From Mobula hypostoma (Eukaryota), in NCBI RefSeq assembly GCF_963921235.1, contig NC_086097.1:90956001-91020000 (forward strand): a stretch of 64,000 bases of DNA. The letters run 5' to 3'. This document shows, in pieces, positions 21,841-31,653 of this stretch. The translations under genes were made by a program, and so were the position numbers. Position 1 is the first letter of the stretch; each line of letters opens with the position of its first letter. Under the pieces are notes generated by a model, which saw only the letters and a program-made list of their open reading frames with translations, was not told the origin of the DNA and made no database searches.

Positions 21841-22128
21841 CCTAAAGCACTATGAACCAACAACGATCAAACTGGCTGAAAAACTAACAGTAAAGTGTAG
21901 GAGTTACGGGCTACTAATCAAATAGTAGGTGCTGCTCTCCCATCTTCATCACAGCTGGCCACAATTTTAATGATTCTGATACTACCGGAGACAGAATTTT
22001 CAAACTCTGAGGGCAGCATCCAACTGGCGACTGCAATTAGAACAAAAGAAAATTTAAGAAAACATAAATCTGCCAAATGAACAAGTAATTATAAACTGGA
22101 AGTGAACCGTGCAGATAAATGTGTAACT

Positions 22129-22680
22129 GCAAATGCGTTTCACATTCCCATTCCAACATGTCGGTCCATGGCTTTTTCTATTGCTGTGAGGAGGCCACTC
22201 TCAGGTTGTAGGGGCAACACCTCAGATTTCACCTGGGTACCCTCCAATCTGCCAGTATGAACATTGATTTTTCTAGCTTCTGATATTTTCTCCCTCCCTC
22301 TTCTCTCTCGTTCCATTCCCCATTTGAAATCCCCTTTTACCCCTTCCCTTCTCCTCACCTGCCTATCACCTTTGGTGCCTTTCCTCCTTCCCTTTCTCCC
22401 ATGGTGCATTCTCCTCTCTTATCTATCACCTCCCAGCTTCTCACTTCATTCCCCCCACCTTCCCACTCACCTGGCTTCACTAAGTACTTGCCAGTTGGTA
22501 TTCCTTCCTCTCCCCCCACCTTCTTATACTGGCTTCTTCCTTTCCATTCCTGATGAAGGGTTTCGGCCTGAAACGTTGACCGTTTATTCCCCTCCATAGA
22601 TGCCGCCTGACCTGCTGAGTTCCTACAGCATTTTGTGTGTTGCTCTGGATTTCCAGAATTGGCAGAATCTCTGGTGTTTA
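22129..22680 (+). mobile_element. 5'-truncated Penelope-like element (endonuclease end + terminal repeat) with perfect 12-bp TSD
   Basis: TSD AAATGTGTAACT at 22117-22128 and 22681-22692; homologous to 12090-12660; hammerhead-like CTGATGAAGGGTTTCGGCCTGAAACGTT at 22550-22577. Confidence 0.85.
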
Positions 22681-23074
22681 AAATGTGTAACTTGATGCAG
22701 TTTAGTGGGAAGAATACAAAGGTCACGCGTGCTTGGATTATAGGAATCTGAATGGAATAGATAACCAAAGGGAACTGGCTATACATTCACAGATGAGTGA
22801 AAGAAGGAACATGGGCTAATAAAGACCATTGCAAAGCAAAGCAGGCACATGGATTCATTTCTGGGTAAATAGAACTGAGAAAAAGCACTGAGAATAATCT
22901 TATATGGATTATTGCTGTGACCACACTTGCTATTCATGCACTTTCTGGTACAATGAGAAAGAATGAAAAGACACTAGTACAAAACTTCAACTCATGGTGA
23001 CTTCATCAGGTGCATCTGGACAGGTTGGCATCCATTCACTAGAAAAGAGTTTGTGCTTGGATTATAAATGGATT

Positions 23075-23475
23075 GATAGGTTAGGCAAGGATGTTCACAC
23101 CAGTGGCTCTGTCCAAATCTCTCTGTCAGAAAATTGTGTGGGTTACAGTTAGGGTAGCAGGTGGAGAACCTGCTTAGCCTCCCTCCCACCCTCCTCCCCA
23201 CCATCAGGGTCACACAAAGCCATGGGAGCAGGAAGTGGATGGTCATATGAGCAGTTGGTGCATATCACATGTCCTGGTTGTGTGACCACTGACGCCAGGC
23301 AGGCAGTCTCTAAAGAGTATTGATAATGGCTGGAGTCACCATCTTGTAAAGACACTGTCCAGAAGAAGGCAATGGCAAACCACTTCTATAGAAAAATTTG
23401 CCATGAACAATCATGGTGATGGAAAGACCATGATCGCCCGCGTCATACAACATGGCACATAACGTAACAAACAAC
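23075..23475 (+). mobile_element. RTE-related SINE/non-autonomous element
   Basis: AGAAGAAGGCAATGGCAAACCACTTC (23361-23386), like the BovB/RTE-derived SINE motif; 3' end 23424-23462 matches the RTE LINE tail at 29026-29064. The 5' boundary is uncertain. Confidence 0.7.
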
Positions 23476-23664
23476 TGAAATCCAGGTAGGGAATTCAGCA
23501 GAAACCTCTTTAGCTAAAGATTGCTGAGAATTGGGACCTTATAACCACGAGAGATAATTGTGGCTAAGAGAATTACTTGAAGGAGTGGAAAGGATGCATT
23601 GAAATAGGAACAGAAAAGTTGCAAGTATTCAGATAGTGCCTAACATTCCTAACTTACGACCTAT

Positions 23665-23897
23665 CAGAAAACTGCTGTAAATCTGAAATGAAAACAGAAA
23701 ATACTGGACACTCAGCAGCCCAAGCAGCACCTGTGGAGAGAGGAAAACAGTTAACGTTTCAGGTGCCATACCTTATCCAAATCTATTTGTTCTCATGAAA
23801 GGTTACAAATCTGATACATTCTCTCTCCACATTTGCAACCTGACATTGCTGAGTGTTTGCCTTTCTTTTTTCCAGCATTTGCAGTATTTTGCTTTTG
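23665..23897. mobile_element. Old palindromic element made of two inverted Penelope terminal-repeat ends
   Basis: Left arm (minus) ACTCAGCAG...TGTGGAGAGAG...AACGTTTCAGG; right arm (plus) ATGAAAGGTTAC...CTCTCTCCACA...TGCTGAGT...TTCCAGCATTTGCAGTATTTT. Confidence 0.55.
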
Positions 23898-24304
23898 TAC
23901 ACACTGTCACTGATAGAGTGAATTGAAGAAGGTGAGTACATTCATGAAAGAAGTACAATTGGACAGATCACAGAATGAATGGAGTATTTCTGTGCTGTAG
24001 ACTTGGCCGGGAAAAGGCTCTAATCTGGCACACATAAGGTCCAGTCATTTCTTGGCAAAGTTTAATGATCATTGTTAAGTTGTTGGACCTGGGAAATTAT
24101 AAACTGCTGCCAATTCTCAGAGTCTTCTCCTACTTAACCCTGAATGATATCAGCAATTCTTACAGATCTCAACAAGTGGACTTGAAGGTACAGTTCAGGT
24201 TAAACCATGTTACACTTTAGTAGCTAAACTTATTTAAGTTTCATGTAGATAATAACACAGGCTCTAAGGACTTCAGGACCAATATATTACCTCAGCCATT
24301 ATAT

Positions 24305-24555
24305 GACAGCACGGTGGCATTCCTAGTAGAGCTGCTGCTTCAGAGCTGAAGCAACCCTGTTTTAAATCTAACCTCCAGTGCTGCCTGTGTGGAGTTTGAA
24401 CTCACTGTGACCCTCAGATGCTCTATTTCCCTCCAGCATCTCAACACATGCAAGGTAGGTTACTTAGCTGCTGTAAATTGTCCCAAGTATATAGGTGAAT
24501 GGAAGAACCTGAGGAGTTTTGATAGAAGATGTGTAGGAAATGGAATGGGATTATG
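24305..24555 (+). mobile_element. V-domain SINE interrupted by the DNA transposon; tail resumes at about 25690-25760
   Basis: Decayed tRNA-like head, CTGTGTGGAGTTTG V-domain and GCTGTAAATTGTCCC motif. Confidence 0.65.
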
Positions 24556-25486
24556 CAGACATCCCACTGTGATGTGGCTTGCTTGGCAGATTTGAGCATT
24601 TTGCCGGAAGTCTCAACCTCATAGCAATCTGTGTCAATGAATTTGTTAATTTTGCGAGACATCAGATTCACAAGTGTTTTGTGAGACATCTGACTTCTGA
24701 ATTCTGTCTTAATGTGACGCACCATGCTGAATGCCTTTTCTACATCACAATTAGAATTTGGCAGCACCAAAAGCAGCTTCATCAACTGGCAGAGCTCTTT
24801 GAATCTCAACTGCCCTGTGCTCACAGATTTTACTTTGGACAGCTTCCCCCAGAACTCATCAACTAGCAAACTTTTGTAGTTTGGCACCAGGGAGTTTGGC
24901 CTCATCACGTAGGACATCAATAGAATAGCTCCTTAGCAGTTAGTCAGCTAGTTTAAATAACATCAGTTATGAACGAATGACACCTGTTAAACTCACCTCA
25001 ACATGTCTTTTACAATCATTTAACCCACCATGGACAATAGAAAAGTCACTGTTGCAAACAGTGCAGCGAGCAACACTGTCATTATTTTTGACCCCTATTA
25101 GGCAGGGGTACACTTTAGTGTAGTCTGGGGTGAAGTACGTTTTATATTTTCTTTTTTTGGAACACTCTGTCATGGCGCTGCAGGACACTAAACTGAACTG
25201 ATGGACAATGAAAGAGAGAGAGAGGTCGACTGTAAAGCCCGCCCACAGAGAAAACTGATGGTCTGCTTAGCACAAAGAGAGACCAATCAGGATGCTCTCT
25301 CTGTCACTCTCTTGCTACGTCTGTCACTCACTCTCCGTCTCTCTCTCTCTCTCTCTCTCTCTCCCCTTCTCGCTCGGTCTCAAAAAAATCGATTTCCGGG
25401 ATATTGTATATAATTTGTGGGTGTCAGGGAGCCGCTATCAATATGTGGGGGGACTCCCAGAACTTCCGTGAGAAGTGGGAAGTCTG
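24556..25486 (-). mobile_element. Internally deleted hAT-like DNA transposon
   Basis: TIRs CAGACATCCCACT (24556-24568) / AGTGGGAAGTCTG (25474-25486), 12/13 match. N-terminal BED-like finger ARCTVCNSDFSIVHGGLNDCKRHVE; C-terminal dimerisation-like LLVLPNSNCDVEKAFSMVRHIKTEFRSQM. Confidence 0.85.
25338..25363. repeat. (TC)n microsatellite inside the transposon
   Basis: Direct reading. Confidence 0.9.
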
Positions 25487-25499
25487 AATTATGGCGTAT

Positions 25500-25685
25500 T
25501 TATTGATTTGTTGAGATACAGGTTGGAATAGGCCCCTCCGGACCTATTTAATCTCAGCCTAATCACAGGACAATTTACAATGACCAATTAACCTACCAAC
25601 TGGCATGTCTTTGGACTGTGGGAGGAAACCAGAGCACCCAGAGGAAACCCACACAGTGATGGGGAGAACATACAGTCAGTGGCGG
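25500..25685 (-). mobile_element. V-domain SINE fragment
   Basis: GTCTTTGGACTGTGGGAGGAAACCAGAGCACCCAGAGGAAACCCACACAG; related copy at 21095-21175. Confidence 0.75.
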
Positions 25686-25779
25686 GAAGATTTAGTCTAA
25701 ATTGGAGCTTGATGGTCAGCATAGACCCAATGGGTTAAAGGCCTGATCCACTGATTCTTTGTCTTTTACTTAGTTACTG

Positions 25780-26105
25780 CAATACAGAAGGAGACTATTT
25801 GGCCTGTCAAGTCCCTATGGCTCCCATCAGCAATCCCATCAATCCCGTTTCCTGCTCCATATTTCCTTGTTCCTTACTCTCCCGACAACTGCCCACTCAA
25901 ATTCCCTTTAATGCCTTTGTCACTTGTCAACAGATGCGACCAGCTAGCCTACCTGCACACTTTTAGAGTGTGGGAGAAACCAGAGTCCCTGGGGCAAATT
26001 CACTAGGTCTCAGGGAGAATTCTACATGGACAGCCCTCCAAGCGATGTTCAAATCCGGGTCCCTGAAGCTGTGAGGAAGTAACATGGCCTGCTCCACCAC
26101 TGTTC
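25780..26105 (-). mobile_element. V-domain SINE, older copy with tRNA-like head
   Basis: GTGTGGGAGAAACCAGAGTCCCTGGGG and TTCAAATCCGGGTCCCTGAAGCTGTGAGG (reverse B-box region). Confidence 0.65.
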
Positions 26106-26120
26106 TACCTTTTTGGCCAG

Positions 26121-26261
26121 GTGTTCTCATTTAGATATGCCCGTCATCTCATTAGAAATGATCACAAAATCGGGTGCACAATCACACATGTGCGCCATTG
26201 TGCATCAATCATGAATTTCATTCTCTGCTTCTGCCCTGTTTGTTCGGAGAGATCCAGACAG
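26121..26261 (+). other. Candidate internal exon (141 nt, phase 0) of an unidentified transcript
   Basis: Acceptor TTCTACCTTTTTGGCCAG|G at 26120/26121; consensus donor CAG|GTAAGT at 26261/26262; open in phase 0. The peptide is not recognised. Confidence 0.25.
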
Positions 26262-27579
26262 GTAAGTGCTCTCAGGCACACAGCAAGGTTTGAGGTGCAG
26301 CGGCACTAAAGTACGCTTTAAATTGCAGATGACAAGGAACCTTCTTATTATTGAACTTGAACCCAGAGCAATGGGAGAAAGACCGCATGACTTAATGAGT
26401 GAGTGTGGTGAAATAGTGATTCTGAAGCAGCCTTCAGCTGATGACCCACATCCGTTGGTGGCAATCTAAATTGCTTTAAAGAATGGAAGCAAAAAGAGGG
26501 CATCTATCAAAATAAGCATAAAGCAGTCTTTTGTCATCAAACGGCAACTGGTTTACTAATATTCCTAGGGAATAGAACTTACTATCCCTACCTAGTCTGG
26601 CCCACATGTAATCCAGATCCATGTTAGGATAATTTACATTTAGTAGCTCTCTGAAGTATTCAGGAGTTGCATCAGGAAAGGATAAGAAATGCCAGCCCTC
26701 CCTGCGATCTGTGACATCTTTTCCTGCACGATAATTAAGCTTTCACACGATTAAGGCTTGAGCCATATCCCTGTAAAACATCCCCAGAAACCTACCCAGA
26801 AGATTTGATTTCCTTTTCAAACACTGATTAAACAGCACCTCGGCTATTGATTCCTGCCAGAAGAAAGCTGAAACTGCACAGTCTACCAAATACCATGTTT
26901 GTTTGAAGATTCGCAATGAATTAGATTAGTCAATGGGGTAATTCAGAGAGTAAATGCAGACTCCAGTGGATAACCTTGAATGTGCATTTGCATTTATTGC
27001 CATCACCGATTCCGTTGCAATTTATTGCTAAAACAAAAACTGATGCATTTGGTCAAAGATTCCTCCAGTAACTAAAACTATCATGTTTTCAATTATAGGA
27101 ACCAAGAAAACATCCCCAAGTCAAACAAAAATGGATTATTCATTTTGATACATATCTGATGTCACAAGGGGGGTCTTTAACTGAATTTTATGGGCACTTG
27201 ATCCTTATGATGAGTGGATTTAATCAAACAGCTATACAAGGTGTCAGGGACAGTGTAATACTGTTGACAGAGGCATGCATTCCTTTCCTTGCCACAGGGG
27301 AATGTGACAAATGAAATGAAGATTGTTTTGGACCTGCAAAATTTTCAAACCAACACTGTGCCTGTGTAGAAGCAATTCAATCTGTTGCTCAACTTATGCA
27401 GTTCTTGAAAACAGGAACTTGACGTATCTTATCTTAAAATTAAGAAAGGGATGTTTGTTATGTAATTTTTATGTTAAGGTCTGACTTCACTATTTAGCTG
27501 AGGATGCATCATTGCACTTCAGAATGCTTTTGGTTAAAGCCATTGTGTCCTGAAGTAGTGCAATTGTTTAAGTCATGTC

Positions 27580-27692
27580 ATGAAACATTAGCCAACTCTT
27601 TGCTTCCACAGATGCTGCTCAGCCCACTGGGTTTGTCCAGAAGTTTGCTTTTTGCTCCGGATTCCAGTACTGGCAGTCACTCTCGTGTCTCT
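27580..27692 (+). mobile_element. Decayed Penelope terminal-repeat end
   Basis: TGAAACATT...TCCACAGATGCTGCTCAGCCCACTGGGTTTGTCCAG...GATTCCAG, homologous to the other terminal repeats. Confidence 0.55.
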
Positions 27693-27722
27693 ATTAGTCA
27701 AAAAGGATTAATGGTGTAGCAG

Positions 27723-28153
27723 CCGCCGTCCTTGGACTCACTTTACACCGCACGCTGTCGGAGCAGTGCTGACAGGATAATCACGGACACGACCCACCCA
27801 GCCAACACACTTTTCATCCCTCTTCCCTCCGGGAGAAGGCTCAGGAGCTTGAAGACTCGTACAGCCAGATTTGGGAACAGTTTCTTTCCAACTGTGATAA
27901 GACTCCTGACCCCAATCTGGGTCGTACCCTCCAAATATCTGGACCTGCCTCTCAGTTTTTTTGCACTACCTCACTTTCCATTTTCTATTTTCTATTTATG
28001 ATTTATAATTTAAAATTTTAATATTTACTAATTTTTACTATTTTTAATATTTAATATTTGTAATCCAAGGAGCGGGAAGCGCAGAATCAAATATCGCTGT
28101 GATGATTGTATGTTCTAGTATCAATTGTTTGGCAATAATAAAGTATAAAGTAT
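27723..28153 (+). mobile_element. Rex1/Babar-type 3' end, relatively young
   Basis: LYTARCRSSADRIITDTTHPANTLFIPLPSGRRLRSLKTRTARFGNSFFPTVIRLL; AT-rich UTR and (TAAAGTA)n tail. Confidence 0.85.
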
Positions 28154-28339
28154 GTAACATATGATCTCTCATCCTGAGCTCGTGGAAGGGCCCTCTGTGG
28201 TTGGATTCAGTACTCTTCCAAACACTGACAAAGGAAAGGTACTCAGCCTAGGCTCCCATCACATTATCCAAAAAACTAAGTACATAAAAATGTGTCGACA
28301 GAGGAGAATGAGGGTTAGCCACTACAGCTCCAACAGTAA

Positions 28340-29072
28340 AACAGTGCCGAAGAGAAACTCCAGGAAATACTTGGTAAAGTCGTTGACAAAAGTGCAAAGC
28401 GAGGATTGACCATCAACTGCAAGAAGACCCAATGGCTCAAAGAAAAAAAATGTCACAAAGAAAGAAATACAGAATTGTTACCTGAAAGTGGGCAACGAAG
28501 CAATTAAACAAACATGGAATTTCTTAGAGAGCATGGTAAAATCTGACGGTAGGGCTGATTTTGAAATTAGATGAAGGATTTGGATTGCTAAATGCACATT
28601 CGAGTGTTTCAGCACAAGACTAAAGAATGACAATTTCTAAGGATATGAAACTCAGTGTTGCGATGCTACGTCCATTCCACACTAACATATGGAAGCAAAT
28701 GTTGGACAATATCAAAGCATAATGAGGAAAGACTCAAAGCTGCAGAAATGTGTTTTTTGAGAATGATGAAACTATCATGGAAGGACAGAGTAACAAATGG
28801 GGAAGAGTACACAGAGAGCTGATATCATCAATCAGGAAACTGCAGCTGGAATTTCTGGGACATGTACTGAGGAACGAGAAGTTCAGATATCTTGCAGTGA
28901 TGGGAAAAGTTGATGGAGGAAAATGTCGCGGTGGACAGTGTATAACATTCATGAGTTACATCAAGGGATGGACAGGCAAAAGTTTTGAGGAACTTATTAG
29001 AACTTCTCAGATTAAAGACAGACAGAAGACCATGATCACCCATGTCATATGACACAGCATATAATGATGATG
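28340..29072 (+). mobile_element. RTE-clade LINE 3' fragment, degenerate
   Basis: EEKLQEILGKVVDKSAKRGLTINCKKTQ, CYVHSTLTYGSKCWTI..RLKAAEM, IRKLQLEFLGHVLR..VMGKVDGGKCRG; (TGA)n tail at 29065-29072. Confidence 0.85.
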
Positions 29073-29224
29073 TTGAATCTTATGAAGAATGGCAGCTTGT
29101 AAGGTAAAGGACATTGAATTTACAGCATAGAATCAGGCTGTTTTGTCCCAACAAATCCATGCTCCACACAACTTTCCTCCCACATTATTTCACCTTCTCC
29201 CTTTCCATCATCCCTCTTTCTAGT

Positions 29225-29947
29225 GGTGGTGAGACAGCCTACAGGGGAGAGGTTAACACCCTGACACAGTGGTGCTAAGATAACAACATCTCCCTCAATG
29301 TCCAAAAAACAAAGGAGCTGATTGTGGATAACAGGAGGAACGGAGATAGACTCACCTCAATCAACATCAATGGGACTGTAGTTGAGGGAGTGAGTAGTTT
29401 CAATTCCTTGGTATACACATCACTGAAGATCTCACCTGGACTGTACACAGCAGATGTGTGGCAAGAGAAGCACCTCTTCCACCTCGGGTGACTGAAGAAG
29501 TTTGGCATGAGCCTTCAAATCCTCAAGACCTTCTACAGGGGTACCATGAGAGCATACTGACTGCTGTATCCCTGCCTGGTACGGGAATTGGTGCACCCAA
29601 CCTTAATCACTAGGCACAGCAAAGAGAGGTATGGATAGCCCAGTGCATCTATGGATGTGAACTTCCCTCCACCGAGGACATTTATAGCAGCAGGTGCACA
29701 ATAAAGGCCTGAAGGATCATTGGGGATACCAGTCACCCAAACATAAACAGTTTCAGCTGCTTCCGTCTGGCAAATGGTACCACAGCATTAAAGCCAGGAC
29801 CAACAGGCTACGGGACAGCTTCTTTCTACAAGCCATTAGACATAAATTCACATGTCTGTACATTATGACAAAGTCATAATGCAAAGATTTTACTCCCTCA
29901 AGTTGTGGGATGGATATAAGATTTAAATAAATTCAAATTCAAATTCA
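29225..29947 (+). mobile_element. Rex1/Babar-type 3' fragment
   Basis: NNISLNV.KTKELIVD, FQLLPSGKWYHSIKARTNRLRDSFFLQAIR; (AAATTC)n tail at about 29929-29947. Confidence 0.85.
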
Positions 29948-30109
29948 CAAACTCTCAGTAATTAAAGTAAATAAAAATGTACATAGCTGCACCAATACTA
30001 CTTACAATGTCCTTCCTTTGATGTCATTCACCTCCACCACCTTGTGATTGCTAAGTTCACATCTGGCCACTTGCTGCTAAAGACATTTATCTTCAATTTC
30101 TGATTCAAT

Positions 30110-30212
30110 GACTGTCCTGATAGAGGTCTCAGCCTGAAATATCAACTGTTTACTCTGCTCCACAGATGCTGCCCGACTTGTTGAGCTCTTCCAGGATTTT
30201 GTGGAAGTTGCA
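30110..30212 (+). mobile_element. Decayed Penelope terminal-repeat end
   Basis: GTCCTGATAGAGGTCTCAGCCTGAAATATCAACTG...CACAGATGCTGCCCGACTTGTTGAGC. Confidence 0.65.
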
Positions 30213-31375
30213 GTGAGAGGTAGGAATTAGTTTTCATACAAGAGAAGGCGGGGAAGAGATGTGTAGAATAAAGGGAATGTCCGTGATAGGATGAAACCAA
30301 ATGGTTGAATGGTGGCAGGTAGCCACCCATTAAGCTACTTCATCTGCATAAGATGTTGTAAATATGAGGTTGTGAGGCATGCCCAGTGGTCCAGACTATA
30401 CAAATACAATATGATAAAGAACAAGAATAGAACTTTAAAAGATTAAATGCATGTTTTTTGACCTCGCAATGCACAAATAGATCTCTCATACCACACCTGA
30501 GTTAGATGGTCCCAGCTACACTAGTATAATTGGCCTAAGCACCTGGGTCTCTTTTGTACCGTTTTCACTTCAATGGATGGTTGAGTTCAGCATAGTGAGG
30601 TTGAGCCAGCACATTCAGCACTCTTCTGATTCTCGAGAACATGCGGCTTTGTTCTTGTATAAAGGATTATCAAAATGGAGTGCTATTATCAATCATCAGG
30701 GTTGCCATACATTTTCATTACTATTAAGAGATTGATTGGGATACTATTGGGATTAAGAGTGCACAAATGAGATTTTCAAATAATGAAAGAATTAGGCGGC
30801 TGGATGGACTATTAAAATAGAATTAAACAGAGGTAGGTATTTGAGGCTGTGGAGACACAGAGGAAAGGAGTAAGGTTTTAAGTTAAGAAGGGAGACCATA
30901 TCCTCCTGAACACATGCCTGGAGTGAGCTATTCACAAGGAGCTGATATGTTAGGAGAGTTTGACATTTCATGCCCACACCTGGCTTCAGGTTAGAACTTA
31001 CACATTGAACCTCAAGCCTCTGCACCTGTCTGTATGTCAGGTCACTATGTCTGTAGCTGACTTTGAGCCTCAGTCCATGGGCCAGACTTACTGCTGATAC
31101 CCCATCGTTATTCCCTGCACTCACTGATGTTCACCGCACTGGCCAACAGTGTAGTCTGACCCATCTTCCATGCACTGCTCTTGTGCTGGCCAGTCCATGC
31201 ACTGCCGCTATTACTACCAAGGTCTACATTCACAGTGCCTGGTGCCAATTCTTTCCAACCATAGCTGCACACAGGACCAGTGGGCAGCATCTTGTTTACA
31301 TCTCACCCTACATTGGATTGGAATCCCTCCTGGACACAAGTGTTAAGCCGGAGAAGTGTGACAGGATCTCCACTT

Positions 31376-31563
31376 CAGTACAGTGTAACAGTCACACTCC
31401 TGGGTTACAAAATACACTACACCATTACACCATATAGCACAGTCATAACCCCAGTGATACACAATATACCACAGTCACACTCCTGGGGTTACAACACACA
31501 CTACACCGTTACACCATATAGCACAGTAATAACTCCGGCGTTACTCAGCAGAGCACAGTCATA
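31376..31563 (+). repeat. Degenerate satellite-related monomers (two ~62-bp copies spaced ~83 bp)
   Basis: ACAGTCACACTCCTGGGTTACAAAATACACTACACCATTACACCATATAGCACAGTCATAAC (about 31388-31449) recurs at about 31471-31533; it shares CAGTCA..CTCCTGG.GTTACA and TTACACCA with the satellite. Confidence 0.75.
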
Positions 31564-31653
31564 ACAGATAACAAATAACAGATATTCATCCTGGAATGGC
31601 CGCTGCATGCTGCGTCACATCGCCAGCTTCTTCTTCTTGCAATACAAGTTGCA

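Noticed and set aside
24441..25188. Domesticated ZBED/hAT-derived host gene
   Set aside because: TIRs and a TSD-like flank are retained, the catalytic core is deleted, and the ORF runs out through the TIR into a SINE.
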